Assembly (NCBI GenBank): GCA_030156225.1
Contig: JASGMW010000001.1
Location: 3,364-67,363 of the forward strand
Direction: 5' to 3'
DNA from: Methanofollis sp.
Lineage (GTDB): Archaea > Halobacteriota > Methanomicrobia > Methanomicrobiales > Methanofollaceae
Length of the DNA: 64,000 nt
Part shown: positions 11,384 to 21,294 of the stretch, piece by piece
Layout of the letters: each line of letters opens with the position of its first letter
How positions within the stretch are numbered: the stretch's first letter is position 1
Position numbers and translations under genes: made by a program
Notes under the pieces: generated by a model
Databases searched by the model: none
The model's input: only the letters and a program-made list of their open reading frames with translations
What the model was told of the DNA's origin: nothing

Positions 11384-11458
11384 CTGGACAACATTCAAGG
11401 GGAAACCTTTCTCCCGGATCAGATCGGAAAAGATCGTCCAGCGACAGGATGCGGACAG

Positions 11459-12595
11459 ATGACAGAAACACTGGGGGCGGGAGAGGACGGCAGGCCGCGA
11501 CCACTACAATTCACCCTCGGAGAGTTTGCCGGTTCTGTCGGGGACTTCGGCGCGATCCTCCCGATCGTCCTCGGCGTCGCCCTCGTCTGCGACGTGAACC
11601 TCGCGCACATCTTTCTCTTCTTCGCCCTCTGGTATATCGTCTCAGGTATCGTCTACCGCCTCCCGATCCCGGTCGAACCCCTGAAGGCGGTCGGAGCGAT
11701 CGCCATCGCCGAAGGATTGACTGCAGGAGAGATCGCCGGCGCCGGCATGATCGTCGGCGTGATTTTCCTCGCTCTCGGCTGCTTCGGGAGCATGACATGG
11801 CTGCGGGAACGGATACCGGTGAGCGTGATCAGGGGTGTCCAGGCCGGCATTGCTCTCCTGCTGATCAGGACATCGCTCGGATTCATTGCTTCCGACCCGC
11901 TATACGCCGGGATTTCCGTGGCTGTTGTCGTATTATTCTTCATCGCGGCCATCCACTGGAAGATCCGCGACATTTCTGCCCTCGTTATTCTCGCCATCGG
12001 CATCGGCGCAGGGGTCCTGACGGTCGGCCCCCCCACCTTCTCGATGATCCCCATGCCCGCCCTCATCATCCCTGACATCTCCGACTTCGTCTATGCAGGA
12101 CTCTACATTGTCCCCTCGCAGTTCCCGCTCACTCTCACCAACGCCATTCTGGCGACATCGCTCCTCACCCTCGACCTCTTCAAGACCGATATCCCTCCCG
12201 ACCGCCTGTCCCGCACGATCGGGATCATGAACCTCGTTTCGGCACCCTTCGGTGGATTTCCGATGGGCCACGGTTCAGGCGGTCTTGCCGCCCAGCACCG
12301 CTTCGGCGCCCGCACCGGCGGGGCGAACGTGATCGCCGGGCTGATCTTCCTGGGCTTTGCCTTCTTCTTCGCCTCCCCGCAGAGCCTCACCCTCATCCCT
12401 CCCGGGATCTTCGGCGGGCTGCTCATCTTTGCCGCCGTCGAACTCGCAAAACACAGCGCAAAGACCGACTCCTATCCTGTCACCGGCGTGATCGCCGTCC
12501 TCTCTATGCTGGTGAACATCACCGCCGGGTTTCTGGTCGGACTGGCCCTTGCGTACGTGTTGCGGTGGCGGCAGAAGAAGGCGGCCTCGGCATAA
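11459..12595 (+). CDS. MOT1-family molybdate (sulfate/molybdate) transporter
   Basis: GE..GS.GD.G start, PIPVEPLKAVGA and PMGHGSGGLAAQHRFGARTG signature motifs, ~10 TM. Confidence 0.85.
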   Translation: MTETLGAGEDGRPRPLQFTLGEFAGSVGDFGAILPIVLGVALVCDVNLAHIFLFFALWYIVSGIVYRLPIPVEPLKAVGAIAIAEGLTAGEIAGAGMIVGVIFLALGCFGSMTWLRERIPVSVIRGVQAGIALLLIRTSLGFIASDPLYAGISVAVVVLFFIAAIHWKIRDISALVILAIGIGAGVLTVGPPTFSMIPMPALIIPDISDFVYAGLYIVPSQFPLTLTNAILATSLLTLDLFKTDIPPDRLSRTIGIMNLVSAPFGGFPMGHGSGGLAAQHRFGARTGGANVIAGLIFLGFAFFFASPQSLTLIPPGIFGGLLIFAAVELAKHSAKTDSYPVTGVIAVLSMLVNITAGFLVGLALAYVLRWRQKKAASA

Positions 12596-12630
12596 AAGAC
12601 CGTGAACGGAAAACGGAGCGTCTCACCTGT

Positions 12631-13722
12631 TTACGGACGTCGCACTTCAGTGTCCTCGACGACATGGACCGCACTCGCCTTGAAGGAGATCTTGACCGGT
12701 TTTCCTTCTGCGATCCCCATCTCTTCGGCAGATTTCCAGGTGATCAGCACGGAAAAAGGAATGCCGCACTCTACAACAAGGCGCGTCACCGATCCGAACG
12801 CCGTCATTCTGGCGACCCTGCCGTCGAGTACGTTGCGCGCGGAGGTCTGCGAACCGTCGACGAGGTGGAGAGTGATGTCCTCGGGCTTGATACAGGCGCA
12901 GACAGAAGTTCCCGCGGGAAGGGGCGTGACGGCGTTGATGACCGTACCGTCGGATTCTATCTCGGCGACACCGCCGGATATCCGGGCAATTCTGCCTGAG
13001 AAGATGTTTTCGATCCCGACAAATCTGGCGACGTCCTTGTTTTTCGGCAGTGCAAAGACCTCGCGCGGCGTGCCCACCTGCGAGAAGATACCGTTCATCA
13101 AAACGCCGATCCGGTGGGCGAGGCGCTGGCCCTGGAGCATGTCGTGCGTGGAGATCACGACGGTCTGCCCGAACTCGCGGTTGATCCGCAGCACCAGTTC
13201 CTCGATCGCCCCGGTGGCCACGGGATCGAGGTTTGCCGTCGGTTCGTCCATCAAAAGCACGGCGGGATCGGTGGCCATCGCCCGCGCAAGGGCGACCCGC
13301 TGCATTTCCCCGCCTGATAGCGTCTTCGCCCGCTGCTTTTCATAGCCGGAAAGTCCGATCACCTCAAGTACATCAGAGATCTTCTTTTTGATCTCGGTCT
13401 CGGGCACATGGCGCATCCGCAGCCCGATGGCGATGTTGTCGTAGACGTTCTCGTCGAAGGCGGCAGGTTTCTGGAAGACCATCGCCATCTTCCGCCTGAT
13501 ATCGAGTGTCAGGCCGGGCCCGGCGCGTATGTCGGTGCCGTCGAGAGTGATATGCCCTCCGTCCGGCGTTTCAAGGAGGTTGATCATCCGCAGGAGGGTG
13601 GACTTGCCCGAGCCCGAAGGACCGATGATCGCAAAGATTTCGCCAGCCCGGACCGTTGCGTTTACATCTTTCAGGACGATTTTTTTCCCGAAATTCTTGG
13701 ATACGTGCTCGATTTCGATCAT
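12631..13722 (-). CDS. tupC: Tungstate/molybdate ABC transporter ATPase with C-terminal TOBE domains
   Basis: GPSGSGKST, LSGGEMQR, DEPTANLD; C-terminal TSARN...KASAVH TOBE motifs. Confidence 0.88.
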   Translation of the reverse strand: MIEIEHVSKNFGKKIVLKDVNATVRAGEIFAIIGPSGSGKSTLLRMINLLETPDGGHITLDGTDIRAGPGLTLDIRRKMAMVFQKPAAFDENVYDNIAIGLRMRHVPETEIKKKISDVLEVIGLSGYEKQRAKTLSGGEMQRVALARAMATDPAVLLMDEPTANLDPVATGAIEELVLRINREFGQTVVISTHDMLQGQRLAHRIGVLMNGIFSQVGTPREVFALPKNKDVARFVGIENIFSGRIARISGGVAEIESDGTVINAVTPLPAGTSVCACIKPEDITLHLVDGSQTSARNVLDGRVARMTAFGSVTRLVVECGIPFSVLITWKSAEEMGIAEGKPVKISFKASAVHVVEDTEVRRP

Positions 13723-13725
13723 GGT

Positions 13726-14412
13726 TCACCGCTGCTGGAAGAGGCTCACGCCGGTGTTCACAACGAGGGCGATCGCAAGGAGGAGGATACCGAGAGCGAT
13801 GGAGGTGCCGATCTCCCATTGCGAGGTATTGAGCGAGATCGCCGTCGTCAACACGCGGGTCCGATGGGCGATGTTCCCGCCGACGAGAATGGCGGCCCCG
13901 ACTTCGGAGATCGCCCGACCGAAGCCGACCGCAACCGCTGCAAAGATCGCGAACCGCGCCTCTCTGACGATTGAGGTCAGGAACTGGAGGCGCGTCGCAC
14001 CAAGGGAGACGATCGTATCCCTGATCGTCTCGTCCACCCCTGAAAGAGCGGATATCGTCAGACCGGTCATGATGGGAAGGATCAGGATCGTCTGGGCCAG
14101 GATCATCGCCTGCGGCGTGAAGAGGAGGCCGGTAAAACCGAGCGATCCGTGGCGCGTGATGAGCAGGAAGACGAGCAGCCCGACAATAACCGTCGGGAGG
14201 GAGTATAACGTCTGGATCAGATTGATGAGCACCTTTTTTCCGGGAAAATCGGTGAACTTGACGGCCGTCCCGACAGGGAGGGCGATGGCGGTGGCGACAC
14301 AGGTCGCCGTCAGGGATACGACGAGAGAAAGGGCCGTAATCTCCATGACATCCGGATCCAGGGAGACGATCAGGTGAAACGCCTCTCTCAATCCGTCGAT
14401 GATATAGCCCAT
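13726..14412 (-). CDS. tupB: Tungstate ABC transporter permease
   Basis: LPTVIVGL and GFGRAISEVGA..VGGNI...TRVLTTAI motifs. Confidence 0.9.
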   Translation of the reverse strand: MGYIIDGLREAFHLIVSLDPDVMEITALSLVVSLTATCVATAIALPVGTAVKFTDFPGKKVLINLIQTLYSLPTVIVGLLVFLLITRHGSLGFTGLLFTPQAMILAQTILILPIMTGLTISALSGVDETIRDTIVSLGATRLQFLTSIVREARFAIFAAVAVGFGRAISEVGAAILVGGNIAHRTRVLTTAISLNTSQWEIGTSIALGILLLAIALVVNTGVSLFQQR

Positions 14413-14468
14413 GGTTCACCCGGAGATGAGGGGAAAGAGGATTTGATTGGAGAAAAACCCTGCGGCCT

Positions 14469-15416
14469 TCAGACCACCGGGTCTTCCACCTCAGACCGGT
14501 TCACGCCCATCGTCTCCCAGTTGCCTGCGGCAGGGAAGAAGAGGGGTTCGCCGTAGGTGTCGACACCGAACTCCTCTATCGTCTTCTGTGTCAAGGGCGA
14601 GATCAGGTAGTTGATCCAGTCCTTTGCGAGACTTGAGTTCACGCCCGGGTGTTTTTCCGGATTGATACGCATCACCGAATAGACGTTGAGCAGGATGTCA
14701 CCTTCAGAGACGAGAGGAACGAGTGTGATCTTGTCCTTGTAGGCGAGGTAGGTGCCGATATCCGAGAGCGTGTAGGCGGATTTCTCGTCGGCGATCAGAA
14801 GGGTCGCGCCCATGCCGGTGCCAGCCTCGATGTACCATTCACCCGAGTTCGTGATGTCGGTCGTGTAGTTGAACCCGGCCGTCTTCCAGATCACCTTCTC
14901 CTTCGCATGGGTGCCCGAGTTGTCACCGCGGGAGACGAACTTCACGTCCGCTGGATCGGCAAGGCCCTTCTCACGGATGGTGGCGAACGCCTCTTCAGGG
15001 GTCATGTTCTTGATCCCGGCAGGGTCTGATTCCGGGCCGACGATCACAAAAAAGTTGTAGGCGATGACGCGGCGGTCGATGCCGTGGCCGTCAGCGAGGA
15101 AAGCGTCCTCTCGCACCCGGTCGTGGACCATCATCACGTCGACATCGCCGTTCTCTCCGTAGCCGAGCGCCGTGCCCGTTCCGGCGGAGATGATGTCAAC
15201 CTTTGCATTATACTCCTGTTCAAAGGGGGCCTTCAGCGCGTCGAGAAGGCCGGTGTCATACAGACTCGTCGTTGTGGCGATGAGCAGCGTCCTGGTCTCG
15301 GCCGGTGTTGTCGTCGGGGTCGGGGTTGCCTCCCCGCCCGATGAACCGGTGCAGCCTGCAGCGATCGCTGCGGCGACCATGACGACTGCAAGCAGCATCA
15401 AAATACTTTTCTTCAT
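14469..15416 (-). CDS. tupA: Tungstate ABC transporter substrate-binding lipoprotein
   Basis: Lipobox AAGC, TupA signature ATTTS, SRGDNSGT, GMGATL; start at ATG 15416. Confidence 0.9.
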   Translation of the reverse strand: MKKSILMLLAVVMVAAAIAAGCTGSSGGEATPTPTTTPAETRTLLIATTTSLYDTGLLDALKAPFEQEYNAKVDIISAGTGTALGYGENGDVDVMMVHDRVREDAFLADGHGIDRRVIAYNFFVIVGPESDPAGIKNMTPEEAFATIREKGLADPADVKFVSRGDNSGTHAKEKVIWKTAGFNYTTDITNSGEWYIEAGTGMGATLLIADEKSAYTLSDIGTYLAYKDKITLVPLVSEGDILLNVYSVMRINPEKHPGVNSSLAKDWINYLISPLTQKTIEEFGVDTYGEPLFFPAAGNWETMGVNRSEVEDPVV

Positions 15417-15571
15417 GCTATTATAGATGTCACAATCACAGGTTTTAAATATGTTACTCCAGGTATCAACTACGTTCAATAAATCAACTTGATCTCTCCG
15501 CTCCTCCCGATACAAAGGTTTATCAATTTCAGGGCGATATCGAGTGCATCCGAACATCCCAGAGGATCATT

Positions 15572-15838
15572 ATGGAACAAATGGGAAAAAACGCTGAAAA
15601 AGTCATGTACGCCCTTATCGGAGGCACGATGCGCCAGTACACAGGAACAGAACTCAGTGTCATGACCGGCCTTCCACCAAATGAGGTCAACACGGGAGTC
15701 AGGGAACTGGAACGAGTGGGTGCCGTGGACCTCCATATACGAGCATCATCAGAGCCCTATCTCTTCAGTTCGATCGCCCTCACCGCAAAGGGAAGAGTGA
15801 TCTTCCAGGAGATGAAGACGCCAGGATGCGACACCTGA
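15572..15838 (+). CDS. Small winged-helix protein (hypothetical)
   Basis: 88 aa with ELS..TGL.P.EV...VRELER.G.V helix-turn-helix pattern and LT.KG wing; TTTATC TATA-like box upstream. Confidence 0.6.
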   Translation: MEQMGKNAEKVMYALIGGTMRQYTGTELSVMTGLPPNEVNTGVRELERVGAVDLHIRASSEPYLFSSIALTAKGRVIFQEMKTPGCDT

Positions 15839-16071
15839 AACTTCATCGATCGATGGGGTTCACAAAAACATCGGACATATACTCCTTTTCGACACCCTGA
15901 TCCTGTACTCCGATCACCCAGGACCGTCAGAGACGACGGTACCGCCACCCGATCGGGAAGTCGCCAGTCCGGACTGAAGATCAGAGATCAGGACCGACCG
16001 GTCCTCAGGCCCGAACATGACCGTGGATCACGGGAAACACAATCGTTCCACCACCGGGTTACGATCTTCAA

Positions 16072-16118
16072 CTCTCTTCCGCAAGGAGTACCCGGTCTTC
16101 AGGTGCGGGGTAGTTGAC
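16072..16118 (+). mobile_element. Miniature IS200/IS605-family remnant (left-end/right-end hybrid, PATE-like; IscB-type ends)
   Basis: TTCAA|CTCTCTTCCGCAAGGAGTACCCGGTCTTCAGGTGCGGGGTAGTTGAC. The minus strand begins GTCAACTACCCC, as IscB/HEARO element ends do. Confidence 0.65.
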
Positions 16119-16265
16119 CCCATAACACAACAGGCGGCCAGAATGCTGCGACAACCATGATACGTGCAGAAAAATGCCGATCTGCCATATCACGGCCCCT
16201 CCGCTGCCGGTGCACCAACCGAACTGTAATATAGCACGGGGAGAGACAATAGTGTGTTGTTTGCC

Positions 16266-17171
16266 ATGGCCGAGAAAGAGTACAGAACAGCAACAGTCGG
16301 GGATCGGGAGGTGCCCTACGACCCGGAACAGCTGCGAAAGATCCAGGAGCACCCCTGCTATTCAGACACGGCGTGCCACACGTTCGGGCGCTGCCACCTG
16401 CCGGTGGCCCCGAACTGCAACATCCAGTGCAACTACTGCGTGCGGGACTTCGACTGCGTAAATGAGAGCAGACCGGGCGTCACCTCGAAGGTGCTCTCCC
16501 CACAGGAGACCATCGAACTGGTAAGAAAGGTGATCCGTGACTATCCCTATGTGAAGGTGATCGGGATCGCCGGACCCGGCGAACCGCTCGCAAACCCGGA
16601 GACGTTCGAGACCCTGCGGCTGATCCACGAGGAGTTCCCCCACCTGATCATGTGCATCTCCACGAACGGCCTGCTCCTGCCGGAGAAGATCGACGAACTC
16701 CAGAAATACGATGTCGGCAACATCACCGTCACCCTGAACGCCGTCGACCCGGCCGTCGGGGAGAAGATCTATTCGTTCGTGAACTACCACGGCAGGCACT
16801 ATACCGGGCGCGAGGCTGCCGAGATCCTCCTGAAAAACCAGCTCGAGGGGATCAGGATGGCCGTCGAGCGAAAGGTGCTCGTGAAGGTGAACTGCGTCTA
16901 TATTCCGGGCGTCAACGATGACCATATCGTCGAGATCGCAAAGAAGGCCGGCGAACTCGGCGCGTTCTCCTTCAACCTCATCCCGCTGATCCCGCAGTAC
17001 AGGTTCGCGGATATCGTGCCCCCGACCGCCGCGGAGAAGAAGACGATGCAGGACAACTGCGCACCCTATATCAAGCAGATGCGCCACTGCGCCCGCTGCC
17101 GCTCGGATGCGATCGGCAAACTGGGAAAAGACGTCCAGGCTGAGGTTTACTCGGGCTGCAACAGAGAGTGA
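16266..17171 (+). CDS. nifB: Nitrogenase cofactor biosynthesis radical SAM protein NifB (no NifX domain)
   Basis: HPCYS, HLPVAPNCNIQCNYC, NESRPG, IAGPGEPL, TVTLN, QMRHCARCRSDA. Confidence 0.95.
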   Translation: MAEKEYRTATVGDREVPYDPEQLRKIQEHPCYSDTACHTFGRCHLPVAPNCNIQCNYCVRDFDCVNESRPGVTSKVLSPQETIELVRKVIRDYPYVKVIGIAGPGEPLANPETFETLRLIHEEFPHLIMCISTNGLLLPEKIDELQKYDVGNITVTLNAVDPAVGEKIYSFVNYHGRHYTGREAAEILLKNQLEGIRMAVERKVLVKVNCVYIPGVNDDHIVEIAKKAGELGAFSFNLIPLIPQYRFADIVPPTAAEKKTMQDNCAPYIKQMRHCARCRSDAIGKLGKDVQAEVYSGCNRE

Positions 17172-17188
17172 CCATCCCCTTTTTTTCA

Positions 17189-18031
17189 ATGGAAAAGACA
17201 ATCGCGCTCGATCCGGGCAACCCCTTCGATCTCGACGCCACGCTCGGGTGCGGGCAGGCGTTTCGATGGGAGAAGCAGAACGGCGTCTGGCGCGGCGTCG
17301 CCGGCGGCCGCGCGATCGCCATCAGGCAGGATGGAAATCTGCTCTCTTTCACCGGCGCCGACGAGGCGTTTGTTCGCAGATACTTCGCCCTCGACATCGA
17401 TCTCCGGGCGATCCTCTCCTCGGTCGATCGCGACCCCCGCATTCACGAGGCGATCGGGAGGTGTCCGGGTCTGCGCATCCTCAGGCAGGAGCCGTTCGAG
17501 ACGCTGATCTCGTACATCTGCGCCACGAACACCAACATCCCGGCAATAAAAAGACGCATCGCCATCATGGCGGAGCGCTACGGCAGGCGTCTCGGGGGCG
17601 GCGCCAGCGCTTTTCCCGACGCACCGTCCCTCGCCCCGTGCAGCGAGGACGATCTGCGGGGATGCGTGCTCGGCTACCGGGCACCGTATGCCTGCGCCGC
17701 AGCGGCGATGTGCGCACGGGACGCAGGGTGGGCGGAGCGGATCGCCGCCCTTCCGTATGCGGAGGCGAAGCGCGCCCTCCTCGGGTTCCCGGGCGTCGGC
17801 CCGAAGGCCGCCGACTGCATTCTCCTCTTCGCCTTCGAGAAATACGAGGCGTTTCCGGTGGACGTCCATATCAGGCGGATGATGCACCGCCATTACCTGC
17901 CCGCTCTTCCCGACGGCAAACCGATGACCGGCCGGGAGTACGATCTCATCGCCGGGTTCGCACGGGAGCACTTCGGACGATACGCCGGGTGGGCGCAGGA
18001 GTATCTCTTCTGCGTGCGCGACGGGGGGTGA
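17189..18031 (+). CDS. 8-oxoguanine DNA glycosylase (OGG1-like HhH-GPD)
   Basis: TLGCGQAFRW N-domain, GLRILRQEPFE, HhH GVGPKAADC with catalytic Lys, FPVDVH, AGWAQEYLF. Confidence 0.9.
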   Translation: MEKTIALDPGNPFDLDATLGCGQAFRWEKQNGVWRGVAGGRAIAIRQDGNLLSFTGADEAFVRRYFALDIDLRAILSSVDRDPRIHEAIGRCPGLRILRQEPFETLISYICATNTNIPAIKRRIAIMAERYGRRLGGGASAFPDAPSLAPCSEDDLRGCVLGYRAPYACAAAAMCARDAGWAERIAALPYAEAKRALLGFPGVGPKAADCILLFAFEKYEAFPVDVHIRRMMHRHYLPALPDGKPMTGREYDLIAGFAREHFGRYAGWAQEYLFCVRDGG

Positions 18032-18061
18032 CAGAAAAAGAGAATGGGTGAACCGCCGCCC

Positions 18062-18829
18062 TCAGGCGGCGAGGCTGTTTCGAAGGACCCGGCTCAGATC
18101 TTCGACGGCGGCCGACTCCCCGGCCACGGGATCGCCCCTGAGTCCGGCAAGGGCGAGGGAGGGGTCCGCCGGGATCGCGGCGGCGACGGGGTGCCGGGCG
18201 CCGAGAGTGTTGCGCAGGTACCGCTCGTTCGACCCGTCGACCTTGTTCAGCACGAAATATACCGGTTTGCCGAGACTGCCGCTCAGTTCGGCGACTTTTT
18301 CCGCAAGTTTGAGAGATTCGCAGGAGGGATCGACCACCATGAGGACGGCGTCGGCGTGCTCCTCGATTCCCCGCCCGAAATGCTCGATGCCGGCCTCGGT
18401 GTCGGTGAGGATCACCTCGTTTCCGTTCGTCCGCATGTTTCCGATGAACTGTTTCGCCAGCATCCCCATCGCACAGGCGCATCCCTCTCCGGCCTCGTGG
18501 ATCTTGCCGATGGCGATGAGCTTCACGCCGTCGCCCCCGGAAAGATATGCCTGCGGAAGATCGGCGAACGTCCAGGGCTTATCGAAGAAGGAGACGGCAC
18601 CCCGGTTCGGGGCCGCCCTGACCATGCGCTCTCCGACGGCTTTTTTGCCGCCGAAATAGCCCATGAAGTCGGGGGGAAGGTCGAGGCCGAGCTGCCGGTG
18701 GAGACCGAAGTTCGACTCGTCGGTGTCGATAACGAGGACGGAAAAGCCGTTCTTCACAAAAGATCTGGCGAGGAGAGAGGTGACGGTGCTTTTTCCGCAC
18801 CCCCCTTTTCCGCAGATAACAATTTTCAT
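18062..18829 (-). CDS. cooC: CooC/AcsF-type nickel-insertion ATPase
   Basis: GKGGCGKST, GEGCAC metal motif, DTEAGIEHFGRG. Confidence 0.85.
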   Translation of the reverse strand: MKIVICGKGGCGKSTVTSLLARSFVKNGFSVLVIDTDESNFGLHRQLGLDLPPDFMGYFGGKKAVGERMVRAAPNRGAVSFFDKPWTFADLPQAYLSGGDGVKLIAIGKIHEAGEGCACAMGMLAKQFIGNMRTNGNEVILTDTEAGIEHFGRGIEEHADAVLMVVDPSCESLKLAEKVAELSGSLGKPVYFVLNKVDGSNERYLRNTLGARHPVAAAIPADPSLALAGLRGDPVAGESAAVEDLSRVLRNSLAA

Positions 18830-19158
18830 ACTAAAACAACTTCTTTAAAACAATAAATAGGTTCAGTAACACGCAACCGAAAGGGACGCGACGTGATAAA
18901 ATACGCCGGCATCTGCCTCCGATCCGTGCGGTGCACCACCCGTGCACGCCCATACCGAAGAGATCTCCGGATACGGATCGAGCGTGCGTTTCAGGGAAAA
19001 CAGGCCGATATCCGGCAGGACTCAACGCTCACAGGGGGGACGGACGACGGTGCAATGCATGATTCTCCGATCCCTCCCTCCCGGTGCCGATAGGGAGAAG
19101 GGAAAAACGGTCGAAATCGCCCGGATAACCGACCGGGATCGGCGCCGAAAAAAGGGTA

Positions 19159-20385
19159 TTATGTCCCGATATTCCAGGCGGACATGTATTTCTGTTGTTC
19201 GTCGGTGAGGGCGTCGATCGCGATCCCGAGAGCGGCGAGTTTTCGTTCCGCCACCTCCTCGTCGATGGCATTCGGAACGTCGTATACGCCAGGGGCGAGG
19301 TCTCTGCCATGCTCGACCATGTACCGGGCCGAGAGCGCCTGAAGGGCGAAAGAGAGATCCATCACTTCGATCGGGTGGCCCATGCCCTTCGGCGTCGCCA
19401 GGTTCACCAGACGCCCCTCGGCCAGGACATGGATCTTCCTGCCGCCGAAGAGATAGGTGTCGATGCCGTCCCGGCGCTCGACGGCGTCTGCGTGCTCTTC
19501 AAGCCACTTCACGTCGATCTCGACGTTGAAGTGCCCGGCATTGGAGAGGATTGCACCGTCTCGCAGCAGGGCAAAGTGCCGTTCGGTCAGAATGGAGGTG
19601 TTCCCGGTCGTCGTGATGAAGATCTCGCCGACCTTCGCCGCCTCGTCCATCGGCATCACGACGAAACCCCCCATATGCGCCTCAAGCGCACGCCTGGGGT
19701 CCACCTCGGTGACGATCACCTGCGCACCGAGAGCGCGGGCCTTCCCTGCCACGCCGCGGCCGCAGAAACCGTAACCGGCGACGACGAGATGCTTGCCGGC
19801 AAGGAGGCAGTTCGTGGTCACCATGATCGATGAGAGCGAGCTCTCGCCGGTGCCGTGGACGTTGTCGAAATGCCGCTTCATCGGCGTGTCGTTCACGGCG
19901 ATCACCGGGAACTTCAGAGCCCCTTTCGCCGCCATCGAGCGGAGGCGGTGGATGCCGGTCGTCGTCTCCTCGCAGCCGCCGACGACGTTGTCGAGAACGT
20001 CCTGCCTCCTGGTGTGAAGTTCGAAGATCAGGTCCATCCCGTCGTCGATCGTGACCGAGGGGCGGGCGTCCAGCACCTGGTTGATCGCCGCATAATACTC
20101 CCCGGTGCCGCAGCCGCGTCGCGCGAAGCAGTGGACGCCCGGAATGGTGTTCAGGGCCCCGGCCACATCGTCCTGCGTGGAGAGAGGGTTGCAGCCGGTG
20201 ATGTGCACCTCGGCCCCGCCGGCCGCAAGGGTCTCGACCAGGACGGCGGTCTTCGCCTCCACGTGGAGGGCCATCCCGATCACAACGCCCGCAAGTGGCT
20301 TCTCTCTCTCGAATTCCTCTCTGATGCTTCCGAGGACCGGCATGTACTGCCTTGCCCAGTCCATCTTCTGCTGGCCTGTCGTCAT
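19159..20385 (-). CDS. ahcY: Adenosylhomocysteinase (S-inosyl/adenosyl-homocysteine hydrolase)
   Basis: LHVEAKT, CNPLSTQD, EETTTG, FDNVHGTGES, NAGHF, GHPIEVMDLSF; AGGAGG SD before ATG 20385. Confidence 0.96.
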   Translation of the reverse strand: MTTGQQKMDWARQYMPVLGSIREEFEREKPLAGVVIGMALHVEAKTAVLVETLAAGGAEVHITGCNPLSTQDDVAGALNTIPGVHCFARRGCGTGEYYAAINQVLDARPSVTIDDGMDLIFELHTRRQDVLDNVVGGCEETTTGIHRLRSMAAKGALKFPVIAVNDTPMKRHFDNVHGTGESSLSSIMVTTNCLLAGKHLVVAGYGFCGRGVAGKARALGAQVIVTEVDPRRALEAHMGGFVVMPMDEAAKVGEIFITTTGNTSILTERHFALLRDGAILSNAGHFNVEIDVKWLEEHADAVERRDGIDTYLFGGRKIHVLAEGRLVNLATPKGMGHPIEVMDLSFALQALSARYMVEHGRDLAPGVYDVPNAIDEEVAERKLAALGIAIDALTDEQQKYMSAWNIGT

Positions 20386-20487
20386 ATGTTTCAGCCTCCT
20401 CTCATAACATTGGACGCCGAGCACTTCAAGGGTACGCCGCACCCCCCGCCCAAATGCTGATTATCCCTGCGGTCAGAGAAGCTTCGC

Positions 20488-21294
20488 ATGGCACTCACCA
20501 GGCGGATCATCCCCTGCCTCGATATCAAGAACGGCAGGGTCGTAAAGGGGACGCACTTCGAGGGGCTCAGGGACGCCGGCGATCCGGTGGACCTCGCGGC
20601 GCGCTACAACGAACAGGGGGCCGACGAGGTGGTATTCCTGGATATCACCGCCTCGAAAGAGAACCGCGGCACGCTCCTCCCGGTGATCGGGAGAGCGGCC
20701 GACCAGCTCTTCCTCCCGCTCACCGTCGGCGGCGGGATCAGGAGCATCGACGACATTCAGCAGACCCTGCGGGCCGGGGCCGATAAGGTCTCGATCAATA
20801 CGAGCGCGGTCACCGATCCCTCGCTCGTCGACCGGGCGGCGGCGCGGTTCGGGACGCAGTGCATCGTCGTGGCGATCGACGTCAGGGCGAACCCGACGGT
20901 GCAGGAGGGAAAAACGCCGGTGGTCCTCGCCGACGGCCGGGAGGTCTGGTACGAGGTGGTGACGATGGGCGGCTCGCACCCGACCGGGATCGACGCGGTC
21001 GGCTGGGCGACAGAGGTCGAGGAACGCGGCGCCGGGGAGATCCTTCTCACCAGCATGGAGACGGACGGCACAAAAGAGGGGTTCGACACCCCGATCACCC
21101 GCACCATCTCAGAGAACGTCGGCATCCCGGTAATCGCGAGCGGGGGCGTCGGGACGCTCGAACACTTTTACGACGGTTTCGTTCTCGGAAAAGCGGACGC
21201 CTGCCTTGCGGCAAGCGTCTTCCATTACGGCGAGTTCACGGTCAGACAGGTCAAGGAGTATCTGGCCGCACGGGATATCCCGGTACGGCTGTGA
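20488..21294 (+). CDS. hisF: Imidazole glycerol phosphate synthase cyclase subunit
   Basis: [45 protein letters not shown]. Confidence 0.97.
   Translation: MALTRRIIPCLDIKNGRVVKGTHFEGLRDAGDPVDLAARYNEQGADEVVFLDITASKENRGTLLPVIGRAADQLFLPLTVGGGIRSIDDIQQTLRAGADKVSINTSAVTDPSLVDRAAARFGTQCIVVAIDVRANPTVQEGKTPVVLADGREVWYEVVTMGGSHPTGIDAVGWATEVEERGAGEILLTSMETDGTKEGFDTPITRTISENVGIPVIASGGVGTLEHFYDGFVLGKADACLAASVFHYGEFTVRQVKEYLAARDIPVRL

Noticed and set aside
18900-19150. GC-rich intergenic stretches (also 15840-16060 and 63390-63650) as MITEs or sRNAs
   Set aside because: Could not identify paired terminal repeats or a second copy within the window.
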